Shown: one piece after another, positions 28,130 through 38,584 of the stretch
How positions within the stretch are numbered: the first letter of the stretch is position 1
How the letters are laid out: every line of letters begins with the position of its first letter
Source: a virus
Lineage: Duplodnaviria > Caudoviricetes
Strand: one strand, 5' to 3'
DNA: 64,000 nt
IMG/VR virus record: IMGVR_UViG_2558860984_000001
Location: 49,570-113,569 of that record
Position numbers and translations under genes: made by a program
Notes under the pieces: model-generated
What the model saw: the letters and a program-made list of their open reading frames with translations, nothing else
Databases searched by the model: none
What the model was told of the DNA's origin: nothing

Positions 28130-28972
28130 GTGGCGCTGTACCAAGTCGTCGAGGCCATCGAAGGCAGTCCGCTTCCCCACGGGCTGCTGAACTCGTGCGC
28201 CCAGGTCGCCGACGTCGCTGATCCGCATGAGCTGATGGGCGTGGAGTGGCTCGCCCTCGGTTGCTGCCCGGTCAACGTGTGGGAGGACCCCTGCACCACC
28301 GACTCCCCAGGCGAAGTCAGTCCGGGGGAGGAGTCGCCTGGCTCCCGCGAAAAGGAGTTCTGTCGGCCCACGGTCGAACACGCCCGCCCGCTGACGGTGT
28401 ATGCGGCGGCGGAGTGCGGGGCGATCGGCTGGTCCTACGCCGAGGCACGGGAGCAGGTCCTCGCCACTCTCGAACTCGGAGAGCAGCGCGCCGTCGAGGA
28501 GGGCTTCTGGCGCAACACCCTCGCCCCCACCGCGATCGACCTGACCCCACCCGAGGGCCCCGTGTCCATAGCCCAGGGCGTCGCAGCGCTTGAGGGCTGC
28601 CTTGCCGAGTCGTACGGATCTCAGGGCCTGTTGCACGTGCCCGCGGGGGCGGCGGCTCTGCTGGGCTGCTGCAACGTTGTCCACCGCGACCCGGACGGGA
28701 CGCTGTCCACCCTGGCGGGGAACTGCGTCACCATCTCCTCTGGCGCATCCGCCATCAACGAGGGCCCCGACGGCATGCCGGCGGAGGCGGGCACGGCATG
28801 GCTGGCGATCTCCGGGCCGGTCGTGGTGCGCCGCGGCCCGGTTCACGTCGTCCCGGACCGTCCGAGCGCAGCCATCGACCGGTTCAACACGCTGCGCCTC
28901 ATCGCGGAGCGCACATACGTCGCGGCCACCACATGCACCACCTGCATGATCCGAATCGAGCTGTGTCCATGA
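28130..28972 (+). CDS. Cys-rich minor capsid/decoration protein (putative)
   Basis: AAGGAGGTG RBS; follows the major capsid gene; LELGEQRAVE, LAGNCV. Confidence 0.7.
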   Translation: MALYQVVEAIEGSPLPHGLLNSCAQVADVADPHELMGVEWLALGCCPVNVWEDPCTTDSPGEVSPGEESPGSREKEFCRPTVEHARPLTVYAAAECGAIGWSYAEAREQVLATLELGEQRAVEEGFWRNTLAPTAIDLTPPEGPVSIAQGVAALEGCLAESYGSQGLLHVPAGAAALLGCCNVVHRDPDGTLSTLAGNCVTISSGASAINEGPDGMPAEAGTAWLAISGPVVVRRGPVHVVPDRPSAAIDRFNTLRLIAERTYVAATTCTTCMIRIELCP

Positions 28973-29565
28973 ACACGAACCAGTCGACGATCCATGTACA
29001 GCCGGCCCCGCCGATGCGCCGCCGGTTCGCTCAGTGGGCGGTCGCGCAGCGACCTAAGGTGCGCACCATCAGCACGCACGAGTTCGCTGTGCCTCCACGG
29101 CTGTACGTGGACATGCCGGAAGAGCTGCTGCGCGGCTCCACGGTCGACGGGCACCCCTACGTCTCGCCGGAAGAGCCCACGGCACCCACGGTGGCGACAG
29201 CGGCGACGAAGAACGCACAGCCCCCTGGCCCCGACAGCGGCGCGGGCGGGGCCAGGGCTGCTGCCGCGCACGAGGAGGAACCGTCTACCGCCCCCGTCGA
29301 GCCGGCGGTTGACGGAACGACCGGCAGCAGTGTTCCGGTCCCGGAGAGGGCGCCGGGACCGGAACACCACCCCACCACCGCTCTTGCATCGGACGATCCG
29401 GCGTTCAGCCTCCCCGGGCCATCGGGGGAGCAGGAGCCGGCGGAGGAGTCGCCTGGGGACGCCGACAGCGCCGCGTTCGAGTGCGCTGAGTGCGACCGGC
29501 CGTTCACCTCTGCACGCGGCCGAGAGATGCACCGCCGCCGAGTCCACGTATCCCGAGAGGCGTGA
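28969..29565 (+). CDS. phage protein with C-terminal C2H2 zinc finger
   Basis: FECAECDRPFTSARGREMHRRRVH; ATGA coupling. Confidence 0.75.
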   Translation: MNTNQSTIHVQPAPPMRRRFAQWAVAQRPKVRTISTHEFAVPPRLYVDMPEELLRGSTVDGHPYVSPEEPTAPTVATAATKNAQPPGPDSGAGGARAAAAHEEEPSTAPVEPAVDGTTGSSVPVPERAPGPEHHPTTALASDDPAFSLPGPSGEQEPAEESPGDADSAAFECAECDRPFTSARGREMHRRRVHVSREA

Positions 29566-29568
29566 GCA

Positions 29569-30516
29569 GTGCCGATCGAGCCTCTACCCTGCGGCCCGGA
29601 GGGTCCCCCTCCGGGCCCCGGTGAGCCGTCGTGCTGCTCGCCGTCGATCAGCGCCGTGCCGCTGTGCAGGACGGACGGCAGCATGGTGCTGCTGGTGCTG
29701 CGCTCGATATGTGGGTGCGAAGGCGGGCCGGAGCCGGAGCCGGAGGCGGTTGGCTGGATCGACCCGGCCACCGGCGTGTTCACGCCCGGCCTGGCCCCGG
29801 ACGGCGCCGGGCCCTGCAGCCCCGGACCGGGGCCGAGCCCGGAGTCGTGCGCCACGGTCGCCGTCCTGCGCCTGTGCGACCACACCACCGACCCCGACAC
29901 CGGGGAGACGGCGTGCACGGAGTTCCTCCGGTTTCTCCCGGTGGACTGCGAGGGCACCCCGGGCACGCCGGTCGACCGCGACCGTGACGGCGTCACGCCG
30001 TATCTCCCCGACGGCGAGGTCGTCGACTGCTCAGACTGCGCATGCACGAGCAACACGAAGACGCTCGTGCTATGCGACTGGCAGCTCGACGGTACGAAGA
30101 TGCCGTTCGTACGCACCCTCACGTACGACTGCGATACCGGCGAGGTGCTGCAGCAGGCCGACTCCACCCCGAGCGGGGAGCCGTACACGCCGGTCGGGGA
30201 GGTAGACGACTGCGATGCCTGCCATCCGCTCCCGATGTGCCCGCAGCTGGTCGGAATCTCCGGCCCTGACACCTGGACGATGCCCACCCGGACGGAGTCC
30301 GTCACGGTCACCGTGGTGTGTGGTCCCGTCGACATCACGGACTGCGCCGGCGCTACGACGACCGTGAACGAGTGCGGGACGGGCTTCACATGGTCGGCAC
30401 CGCCCGGCGACTGCATCCCGGGGCGTCTCTGCGGCCCCTTCACTGTCGACGTTCCTTACGGATCGGCCGCCTACATCCAGCTCCTCGGCCCCTGCGATCT
30501 GGGAGACGTGTCGTGA
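29569..30516 (+). CDS. Cys-rich repeat structural protein
   Basis: LCD..F(L/V)R..DC..D..G.PY.P.GEV.DC repeats shared with the 1524-aa protein. Confidence 0.75.
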   Translation: MPIEPLPCGPEGPPPGPGEPSCCSPSISAVPLCRTDGSMVLLVLRSICGCEGGPEPEPEAVGWIDPATGVFTPGLAPDGAGPCSPGPGPSPESCATVAVLRLCDHTTDPDTGETACTEFLRFLPVDCEGTPGTPVDRDRDGVTPYLPDGEVVDCSDCACTSNTKTLVLCDWQLDGTKMPFVRTLTYDCDTGEVLQQADSTPSGEPYTPVGEVDDCDACHPLPMCPQLVGISGPDTWTMPTRTESVTVTVVCGPVDITDCAGATTTVNECGTGFTWSAPPGDCIPGRLCGPFTVDVPYGSAAYIQLLGPCDLGDVS

Positions 30517-31532
30517 GCGACAACTGCTGCTGCCCGAGTGTGATCTTCGGTAGGGGTGAGGGGGCACCCGGCCCGCCCGGACCCGAAGGACCTGCCGGCC
30601 CTGCCGGACCGCAGGGCGAGCCTGGCGAGTCCGCGTGCGTGTCCACGGACTCCGGTAACCAACTCCGCGTCGGACAGGACGGCTGCCTGTATGTGCCGCC
30701 GGCCGTGCCGCCGGAGCCGGTGCTGCCGGTCATCTCGCTGACCAACACCACCATCGTGGCTACCGAAGACGGAGTGTTCGACCCGGCCGACTACCCGGGC
30801 TTGCAGTACATCAAGGTCCGCGCCGTCGGCGGCGGTGGCGGCGGCGCCGGGGTGGAAGAGGTCGTCTACGGCACCACTGTGGCCGTCGGCATGTCCGGCT
30901 CCGGCGGCTCGTATGCCGAGTCGACGTTCCACGCTGCGGACCTGCCCGGCCCCATCACCTACACCGTCGGCCAGGGCGGCGCCGGGCTCCCCCAGGGCGC
31001 CGCGCAGGGCGACATGGCAGGCGACGGCGGCAACACCGTCTTCGGCCCGGGGGAGACAGTTCTCGACGCCATGCTCCTCGCTCTCGGTGGCGGCGGCGGT
31101 GGTGCGATCCGCGACTCCACGGACCTGTCGCAGTCCAACACCGCGAGGCCGTTCATGGCGATCCGCGGCGCCGCCAACCCGGACCACGGCACCGGGCTGC
31201 TGGCCTCGATCGGCGACATCACCATCCCCGGCGGCGCTGGCACCACCGGCCTGTCTCTCGGCGCTGCCGTGCTCGGCGCCGGTAACACGCTGGTGATCGG
31301 CGGCGCTGGCGGCACCACCCACATGTCGGGGCGCACCGCCGACGATGTGACGCTGCACCGCGGCGCCCAGGGCTGGGCGCAGGGCACCTCAACCGTGGAC
31401 GGCACGATCCGCTACGGTGCCGGCGGAACTGGCCGCGCAAGCGCGTTCGACGGCATCGACGAGAACGGCTACGACGGCGCCGACGGCATCCTGTTCATCG
31501 AGGTCGTGCAGCTGCAGGTGTCCGTGCCCTGA
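30513..31532 (+). CDS. collagen-repeat / glycine-rich fibre protein
   Basis: NCCC N-terminus, GXY repeats, VRAVGGGGGGAG Gly-rich domain; paralog of 51294-52013. Confidence 0.75.
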   Translation: MSDNCCCPSVIFGRGEGAPGPPGPEGPAGPAGPQGEPGESACVSTDSGNQLRVGQDGCLYVPPAVPPEPVLPVISLTNTTIVATEDGVFDPADYPGLQYIKVRAVGGGGGGAGVEEVVYGTTVAVGMSGSGGSYAESTFHAADLPGPITYTVGQGGAGLPQGAAQGDMAGDGGNTVFGPGETVLDAMLLALGGGGGGAIRDSTDLSQSNTARPFMAIRGAANPDHGTGLLASIGDITIPGGAGTTGLSLGAAVLGAGNTLVIGGAGGTTHMSGRTADDVTLHRGAQGWAQGTSTVDGTIRYGAGGTGRASAFDGIDENGYDGADGILFIEVVQLQVSVP

Positions 31533-31566
31533 CCTCCTGGCAAGAGCATCCCCTGCTTCCCGTCGA

Positions 31567-31586
31567 CCGCTGGCTGTGGGCCGGGT
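31567..31586 (+). promoter_or_regulatory. late-gene leader motif (copy 3)
   Basis: CCGCTGGCTGTGGGCCGGGT. Confidence 0.65.
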
Positions 31587-31629
31587 CCCATCCGCACCTC
31601 CCCCAGTCGTGGGGCGATAGGAGACCACC

Positions 31630-34600
31630 GTGCCCACTGGCGGCAACTTCTCGTGCCCTTCGGGCACCGGCCCCGTCGTCGACAACGAGCTGCGCGTCCT
31701 CTGCGACGCCGGCGGGGCCGTATTCCTGCGCCGCTACGTCATCACTGACGGCACCGCCGCGACGGTCGATACCGAACTCGACGGCATCACCCCCGTCATC
31801 GCCGCCGAGCCGGTCGGTCTGTGCGCTCAGGGCCCGGCAGAGGAGTCGCCAGGGGAGCTGTGCGAGACGACGACCCCGACGGCGACGCTCGGGCTGTGCC
31901 TTGCGGACGGCACCCCGATCGCCGTCGTGGTCACCCGCGGCTGCGACGGCACCGTCACCCAGGACGGTTGGATCAACCTCACGTCAGGCGCCTGGTCGGC
32001 AGGCACCCCTCCGGCCGGCACCGTGGCGTGCGGCAGCAGCCGCAGTATCGAGGTCTCCGGCGTGTTCTGCGACATGCTCCCGGATGGCACGGTCGCCGGG
32101 CTGGTGCTGATTGAGTACCAGTACGCGGCGGACGGAACGATCGCCGGCGTGCGCCTGGTCGACGCCACCACCGGCGATACCTACATCCCGCAAGGTGAGG
32201 TCACCACCTGCCCGGCCGGGGTGGAGCAGCCCGAGCGGGACCTGCTAGCGCTGTGCGACGTCACCGATGACGAGTCGGGCATGGTCCTCAGCGAGCCGTT
32301 CGTACGGGACTATCAGCGCGACCAGAACGGCGCCATTACCGGGCACACGGACTACACCCTCGACGGCCAGCCGTACACCCCGGTCGGCACGGTCGGAGTG
32401 TGCCAGGAGCAGCCGGATGAGCCGTGCCCGTCGACGGTGACGGTGCTGCACCTGTGTGACCTCGACCCGGACGTTGAACCGAACGATGAGGGCAAGCGGT
32501 GCGCGGTGCCGTTCCTGCGCCACCTCGTCTACGACTGCACGGGTGCCCTCACCGAGACCCGCGACACCACCCCGGACGGGTCGACCCCGTACACGCCCGT
32601 GGAGGCCGTCGACTGCGGCACCGGCGGGACCCCGGCGTTGGTCGAGGTGCCGTGGGAAGTCGTGAGCATCGAGCAGGACCCGGACAGCGACGAGGGCCGC
32701 GGCCTGGTGTTCACCCTGTCGCCGACTGACGACCCGTCGACGGTCGGCACGGTGACGGTGACGACGAGCAGCATCTACAACCCGTCCTCCTGCCCCGGGG
32801 TGCCGCCGAACTACCAGTACCGCAACCCGACGACGTACACGTTTACCCCGGACCAGGTGCTGCGGGACGCGGCGACGTACGTCCGCGTGGACCTCGAAGA
32901 CTTCGACACGTTCGAGCCCGTCACCGGCCTCACGCCGGCGCCGGACCGGCTCGGCGGCACCGCCTACTGGGACGGGACAACCGTCCGGCCGACCGAGAAC
33001 AACGGCACCGGGGAGATGTACTACGACGGCCCCCCGGAGGCGTGGTCGTACCGGGTCGGGAACACCGGTGGCGGCAACTCCTGCTCCAGCCTCAGCTTCG
33101 CCGCCGTGTCGCTGCGCGCCGAGGGCTGCTGCGCCCCATGCGGGCAGACCGAGGGCGGCGGCGACGGGCGCACCGTGCAGCCGGTGTGTGTGATCGCGAC
33201 GGCCGCGCCGGAGGACGTGCAGCGGTGGACGCGGGTCATCGACGCGGACGGCACGGCGTACTACCTCGACCCGAGCGGCGCCCGTTACGACGACGCGCTC
33301 CCCGCCGGCTACGAGATCACCGCATGCCCGGAGGAGGAGCCGCAGCCCTGCCGTGACACCTCCACGCTCCTCCTCTGTGACGCGGCATCCGGCACGGAGA
33401 CCGTTACTCCGACCGTCACCAGCACGACACTTGACGGGCTCGACCTCGGAGCGAACCCGGCCTACCCGCTTCTCGAAGGCTCATGGGCGGCGCTGTGGGC
33501 CGGCGGGGCGCTCACGTTCCCGCAGGACCCGGACGCCTCCGCGGGCGACGGCCGATTCCAGGTGTACCGGACCATCGCGGGGCAGATCACGGGCACCGTC
33601 CCGGAGGAATGCGCGACCGCGTCCGGGACGCTGACCGTCTCCGTGCGGGTCACCAACGACGGCCCGAACCCCGGGGCAGGAGGCTCCGGACTGCTGCGGC
33701 TCTACCGGGACGGCGTCGCCCTGGCGAGCGCCGGGCCAGTGGTGGACACCCCTGTGGGGCACGTGCAGACCCTCACCGTCACCGCGCCGGTCACCCCGGC
33801 CGACCTGGCGAGCGGCGCGCTCGTCGTGCTCATGTCCCTGGAGACCTTCCACACCACGCCGAAGTCCTGGACGGCCGATCAATTCATGATCGCTGGCGAC
33901 ATGGCCGGGTGTCAGGTGCAGTTCCTTCGCACCGTGACGACGGACTGCGAGACGGGCGAGGTCGTTGCGGTCACGGACACGACCCTTGACGGCACGCCGT
34001 ACACCGTCACCGGTGACGTCGGGCAGTGCACGACGGTCACGCCGCCGGAGGCGGAGGAGTGCACGCACTGCGAGACGCTGACCCTGTGCGACGCCGCCCC
34101 GGACGAGTCACCGGGCGCGCCGGACGTCGCGTACGAGACGGTTCCGCTCGCCGAGCTCGGACCGGCCCCCGCCACGGGCGTTCTGCCCAACGGTGTCGGC
34201 TATTCGGTGAACGTCGGAGCGTGGGGCGCCGCGCAGGGGCACTACACCTTCTACCCGCCGGAGGGCACCCAGCTCTGGACGTTCGACCAGCCGGTGTATG
34301 TGCGGTTCGGGCTGCGCGGCCTGAACGTCTCTCCGCCGGAGTGCTTGCGCGTGCCGGAGGGCGCGGTCGCGGAGTCGATCAGTCCCGTCCACACGTGGGA
34401 TGAGGACTCGCGCCTGCTGTGCGGGATCGTCGGCGAGTCCGACGCGGCGGACGAGTCGGTGTTCTACTTCCCCGAGCCCGTCACCGAGCTGCCGCTCGTT
34501 GCGGTGCAGAGCGACACCGGCGGGCGCGGCCCCGGCCTGATTCAAGCGGGTTTTGCCGTCGATGCGCCGGCGCCCGGCACGTCCGTGCCGTTCGGCCGCA

Positions 34601-36204
34601 CGGTCTGCCGCGACTGCTCCGGCACCGTCACGAGCATCACGGACACCACGCTGGACGGCCAGCCGTACACGGTCACCGGTGAAGTCGGCCAGTGCCAGCC
34701 GGTCGTCGAGTGCTGCGAGCAGCCGCTGCCGGAGGAGCGCGTCGACGTCGAGTCTGACGTCATGTGCATCCGCGACGCGGCCGGCGAGATCGTGCAGCAG
34801 GTCGTGGTCGAGCGGGTCTACGACGACCAGACCGGCGAGCGCACGCTGCAGCGCCTCACGGAACCGACCACCGGCGCCCCCGTGGAACTCCCCGCCGGCG
34901 CAACCCTCGTGCTGTGCACCGAGCCGGAGTGCCCGGTGGCGTTCTCCACGGAATGCGTGGGCGTGGTCGAGCGCACGGAGGCGTCGTACGACAACACGAG
35001 CCTGATCGGCGGCCTGCCGGGACTGTGCGGCAGTGTCCAGGGCCCGGACGGGCAGTTCCCGTGCACGGCCCCGGACGATACGCCGTTCACCATCGTCAGT
35101 TGGATCGTGAACGGCGAGGAGGTAATGGGCGAGGGCGGCGGCCGGCAGTTCAACGGCGGCGCCTGCGGCCCCGGCACCGACGACGCACTCGGCATGCACC
35201 GGAGCTGGGCCGAGGCGCTCACCAACCTCGACCCGACCGGCGCCACGTGGGAGGTGAAGTCGGCCGACTCCTGCGCCTGGTTCGTCGGCTCGGCCGGCGG
35301 CACCGACACCGTGTACGGGCCGATGACGGTCGTCGGCACCAGCTACGGCGGCGTACCCGAGTCCCGGTGGGTCCTCGGCCCCGCCCAGAGCTGCACCGAG
35401 ACCCCGTACACCAAGGTGTACACGCAGGACTGCGACGGTACGGTTTCCGTGTCGTGGCTGACCGAGCAGGGCGTGCCGACCGACGCGCCGACCGGCGATC
35501 TCGTGCCGTGCGGCACCGGATGCGGCAAGGGCGGCGGCGAGGGCCTGGACGTCGAGGTCCTCACCGTCTGCGACGTCAACGACGACGAGTCCGGCGCTGT
35601 CGCCGCGGTGCCGTTCCTGCGGCACTTGGTTTATGACACGGGTGGCGCCGTCGCGTACGTCGTCGACACCGGCCTCGACGGGCTCACTCCGTACACGCCG
35701 TCCGGCACCGTCGGTGTGTGCCCGGCCGGCGGTGACCAGCCGGTCACCGTCCTGGAGCAGTGCCGCTGCGACGACACCGACGGCGACGGCGTCGCCGACA
35801 CCAGCTACGTCGAACTCGTCGGGGTGGCCGCGGACGGCACGCTGACGAGCCTGGGCACCCACACGCCCGACCTCAGCGCCCCGTACGAGCCCGTCGCCCC
35901 CGTCGAATGCGCCACGGACGGAGCGCCAGCGCCCGTGGCGACCGTGCAGGCGCACCGGGTGGAAGTCCCGGCGGGCGGATCATGGACCGCGGACGGGGTA
36001 CCGCTGCTGCACGCCGTCACCCTCACCGCGTGGGGCGCCGGGGCGCAGATCACCACCGAGGACGGCACCAGCACCCTCCACGACGGCGAGTCGGCGTCGT
36101 GGTCGATCAGCCGCGACGGCGACGCGTTCCTGACGGGACCGCTGTCGGTGACTGCCACCGCGGGGACCGTGACCGTCACCTACACCACCGGGGGAACTGC
36201 ATGA
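31630..36204 (+). CDS. large acidic Cys-rich repeat protein (virion appendage candidate)
   Basis: AGGAG RBS; multiple LCD...FLR..D..G...DTTLDG.PY...G.VG.C repeats with inserted domains. Confidence 0.85.
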   Translation: MPTGGNFSCPSGTGPVVDNELRVLCDAGGAVFLRRYVITDGTAATVDTELDGITPVIAAEPVGLCAQGPAEESPGELCETTTPTATLGLCLADGTPIAVVVTRGCDGTVTQDGWINLTSGAWSAGTPPAGTVACGSSRSIEVSGVFCDMLPDGTVAGLVLIEYQYAADGTIAGVRLVDATTGDTYIPQGEVTTCPAGVEQPERDLLALCDVTDDESGMVLSEPFVRDYQRDQNGAITGHTDYTLDGQPYTPVGTVGVCQEQPDEPCPSTVTVLHLCDLDPDVEPNDEGKRCAVPFLRHLVYDCTGALTETRDTTPDGSTPYTPVEAVDCGTGGTPALVEVPWEVVSIEQDPDSDEGRGLVFTLSPTDDPSTVGTVTVTTSSIYNPSSCPGVPPNYQYRNPTTYTFTPDQVLRDAATYVRVDLEDFDTFEPVTGLTPAPDRLGGTAYWDGTTVRPTENNGTGEMYYDGPPEAWSYRVGNTGGGNSCSSLSFAAVSLRAEGCCAPCGQTEGGGDGRTVQPVCVIATAAPEDVQRWTRVIDADGTAYYLDPSGARYDDALPAGYEITACPEEEPQPCRDTSTLLLCDAASGTETVTPTVTSTTLDGLDLGANPAYPLLEGSWAALWAGGALTFPQDPDASAGDGRFQVYRTIAGQITGTVPEECATASGTLTVSVRVTNDGPNPGAGGSGLLRLYRDGVALASAGPVVDTPVGHVQTLTVTAPVTPADLASGALVVLMSLETFHTTPKSWTADQFMIAGDMAGCQVQFLRTVTTDCETGEVVAVTDTTLDGTPYTVTGDVGQCTTVTPPEAEECTHCETLTLCDAAPDESPGAPDVAYETVPLAELGPAPATGVLPNGVGYSVNVGAWGAAQGHYTFYPPEGTQLWTFDQPVYVRFGLRGLNVSPPECLRVPEGAVAESISPVHTWDEDSRLLCGIVGESDAADESVFYFPEPVTELPLVAVQSDTGGRGPGLIQAGFAVDAPAPGTSVPFGRTVCRDCSGTVTSITDTTLDGQPYTVTGEVGQCQPVVECCEQPLPEERVDVESDVMCIRDAAGEIVQQVVVERVYDDQTGERTLQRLTEPTTGAPVELPAGATLVLCTEPECPVAFSTECVGVVERTEASYDNTSLIGGLPGLCGSVQGPDGQFPCTAPDDTPFTIVSWIVNGEEVMGEGGGRQFNGGACGPGTDDALGMHRSWAEALTNLDPTGATWEVKSADSCAWFVGSAGGTDTVYGPMTVVGTSYGGVPESRWVLGPAQSCTETPYTKVYTQDCDGTVSVSWLTEQGVPTDAPTGDLVPCGTGCGKGGGEGLDVEVLTVCDVNDDESGAVAAVPFLRHLVYDTGGAVAYVVDTGLDGLTPYTPSGTVGVCPAGGDQPVTVLEQCRCDDTDGDGVADTSYVELVGVAADGTLTSLGTHTPDLSAPYEPVAPVECATDGAPAPVATVQAHRVEVPAGGSWTADGVPLLHAVTLTAWGAGAQITTEDGTSTLHDGESASWSISRDGDAFLTGPLSVTATAGTVTVTYTTGGTA

Positions 36205-36797
36205 CCCGCCCAGAGCCGTCGCGGGCCGTCAGCGATGGCGTCGACGAGTTCCAGACCCGCTACCTCGACCACCAGGCGCGGAAGCGGGAGGTTCTGATCG
36301 AGATCATGCGGCAGCGGCACTCGGACCGCATGTACGACACCCGGCCGGTCGAGGACGACGTGCGCGCTCAGGTGCGTGAGGCGATCGGGCTGGTCCCGTC
36401 GAGCTGCAACCGCCGTGGCGTCACCGTGCGGGAGGTCGACGGCCGCGACGAACTCGCCCTCCTCGGAGGGCTCCTCGTCGGCGGCGTCGGGTGGATCCAC
36501 CGCGCGCCGTGGGTGCTGCTGCTCCTCGCCAACCCGGTGGCATACAAGGCCGGCGACGAAGTTCAGTTCATGCCGTTCCTGGACGCGGGATGCGTGATCC
36601 AGCAGATCATGCTGAGGGCCACTGACCTGGGGCTCGCCTCCGCGTACGCGAACCCGAACATCCGTGACCACAACCGCGCCCACTTCAGCGCGATGTTCGG
36701 CGAGGGCGTGTTCTGCGGAGCGGTGGCCATCGGCTACCCGCATCCCGACTCGCCGGATCGCGCGCACCACGAGAAGCGCACGCAGGCCGCTCTGTGA
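36201..36797 (+). CDS. nitroreductase family (FMN-dependent) protein
   Basis: RQRHSDRMY..PV, PSSCNR, DAGCVIQQIMLRATDLGLAS, AVAIGYP. Confidence 0.88.
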   Translation: MTRPEPSRAVSDGVDEFQTRYLDHQARKREVLIEIMRQRHSDRMYDTRPVEDDVRAQVREAIGLVPSSCNRRGVTVREVDGRDELALLGGLLVGGVGWIHRAPWVLLLLANPVAYKAGDEVQFMPFLDAGCVIQQIMLRATDLGLASAYANPNIRDHNRAHFSAMFGEGVFCGAVAIGYPHPDSPDRAHHEKRTQAAL

Positions 36798-37741
36798 CCG
36801 GCCGGCCGCGGATCTTCGCTGTCGCCGGCTGGCGGTACGAACCTGCGTGGCTCGTCGACGAGCTGCGCGACAACTTGTCGTGGGTCGATGAGTTGGTCAT
36901 TGTCGACGACCGTGCCCGTACGGACGAGTTGTGGGTGCATGAGGGGGAGTACCGGCTGATGCAGCGCCGCGCCCTGGAGGCCGCCGGCATCCGCCCGTGG
37001 GACCTCGTCCTCGTCACCTCCCCCGACGAGCGGTGGGGGCGCCGCGCCGGCCGTATCCTCCGCGGTCTGGCCGCCGCCTACCCCCGCCGTAAGAGGATCT
37101 ATGAGTTCCCGCTGCGGGAGCTGTGGACCCCGACCCGATACCGAATCGACGGGTTCTGGGGCAACAAGTGGCGCCCCAGAGTGTTTCCCTACCTGTCGCG
37201 GCAGGTGTTCACCAGCCGAGCGATCCAGACCGTTCCCGTGCCGGTCGACCGTGGATACCATCGCGTCCGCGTGCCCAAGGTCCCCATCTATCACCTGGAG
37301 AACGTCGCCCCTGCGAGCAGGGCGGAGCGCGCCATCGTCTACGAAGCCCTCAGCCCGGGGTCGCAGCACCGCGCCGCTCGCTCCCCGTACTGGAAGCGGC
37401 ACGACCCCACCGGCCGGTACATGCGAGCGTATGGCTACGCCTACCTGGCCGACTCCCGCGGCCTGCGCTGTGCCCCCGTCCCGGCCGGTGACATCACCCC
37501 GCCTCCGGTCAGGCCCTACGTGTTCCGCGTACCTGACGACCTCTTGGAGGCCGCATCCGTGGAGAACGGCGCACCCGCCCGCACGCGCGCAGAGTGGGAG
37601 CGCTGGCTACGCTCCACCCTGGCCGGCCCGCCGGCCACCCGTCCCGCGGCCAGTCCCACGATGCGCGTACGGACTCGCCGCCGTCCCCTTCCGACCGGAC
37701 AGCCGGTGTACGGCGGCCTGAGCCGCGCGGGACCACGATGA
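36794..37741 (+). CDS. glycosyltransferase (GT-A/GT2-like)
   Basis: RYE..L..LSWVDELVIVDDR, LVTSPDERW (DxD-like position), PIYHL. Confidence 0.65.
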   Translation: MTGRPRIFAVAGWRYEPAWLVDELRDNLSWVDELVIVDDRARTDELWVHEGEYRLMQRRALEAAGIRPWDLVLVTSPDERWGRRAGRILRGLAAAYPRRKRIYEFPLRELWTPTRYRIDGFWGNKWRPRVFPYLSRQVFTSRAIQTVPVPVDRGYHRVRVPKVPIYHLENVAPASRAERAIVYEALSPGSQHRAARSPYWKRHDPTGRYMRAYGYAYLADSRGLRCAPVPAGDITPPPVRPYVFRVPDDLLEAASVENGAPARTRAEWERWLRSTLAGPPATRPAASPTMRVRTRRRPLPTGQPVYGGLSRAGPR

Positions 37742-37800
37742 AAGCCAGCTGCTCGGCGCCGCGTCCTCGGTAGCACGGCGCGGCTAGACTGGTCCACGAG

Positions 37801-37856
37801 CTGCTGGCGGTAGGCCGAGCGGAACGCCTCACGGCGCCGCTGGTTCTGGGCCGGGC
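37801..37856 (+). promoter_or_regulatory. two tandem late-gene leader motifs (copies 4 and 5) before tail tube gene
   Basis: CTGCTGGCGGTAGGCCGAGC at 37801 and CCGCTGGTTCTGGGCCGGGC at 37837; TAGACT at 37785. Confidence 0.7.
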
Positions 37857-37882
37857 ATCCAACGCACCTGTTGGAGGCCCGG

Positions 37883-38584
37883 ATGCCGGCCCCTCTCATC
37901 TCCAACGCGGCCACCGTCCGCGTTACCCGCGTTGATGGCTGCGGGCGCCCTGTCTGTGGTGATGACGCGAGCTTCGTCACCGACTGCTTCGCCAGCGTGC
38001 AGATGGAAGCGAACATCGAAGAAGGCGAAGATATTTCGTTCATCGCCGCCAACGGCAGGCAGTGCGGATTCAAGAAGGGCTGCCCGTCGCTGAACGGGTA
38101 CGACCTGACGTTCACCTTCTTCCAGGCAAGCCCTGAGCTGCTGGAAATCATGACCGGATCGCCGGTGTACTTCGATTACAACGGTGACCCCGTCGGGTTC
38201 GACAGCTGCTCCATTTCCTGCCGCACCGGTTTCGCGCTGGAAGTCTGGGCCGACGTCCTCGGCGAGGACGTGTGCCCGGAAGAAGACATCGGTGAGGGCG
38301 CCTGGACCTACTTCCTTCTTCCCTGGGTTAGCAACGGCATCATCGGCGACCTTGAACTGGCGAACGAGGCAGTGAACTTGGAATTGACGGGCGCCACGCG
38401 AGCCGGCGGACGATGGGGCGTCGGTCCCTACGACGTCGTCGCCCAGGACGCCTCCGGAACCCCGGGCCCGATGCTCACCCCGCTGGCCTCGAACTGCCAC
38501 CGCCGTATGATCATCACGACCGTGGCCCCGCCCGAGCCCAGCACCACGTACGTGCCGGTGCTCTGCGACGCCTCCCTGTCATGA
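37883..38584 (+). CDS. major tail (tube) protein
   Basis: GGAGG RBS; VRVTRVDGCG..EEGEDI..ANG..C, GFALEVW, YFLLPWV, WGVGPY. Confidence 0.8.
   Translation: MPAPLISNAATVRVTRVDGCGRPVCGDDASFVTDCFASVQMEANIEEGEDISFIAANGRQCGFKKGCPSLNGYDLTFTFFQASPELLEIMTGSPVYFDYNGDPVGFDSCSISCRTGFALEVWADVLGEDVCPEEDIGEGAWTYFLLPWVSNGIIGDLELANEAVNLELTGATRAGGRWGVGPYDVVAQDASGTPGPMLTPLASNCHRRMIITTVAPPEPSTTYVPVLCDASLS

Noticed and set aside
29569-36204. Diversity-generating retroelement or shufflon behind the repeats
   Set aside because: No reverse transcriptase or invertase in the window; repeats are diverged at DNA level
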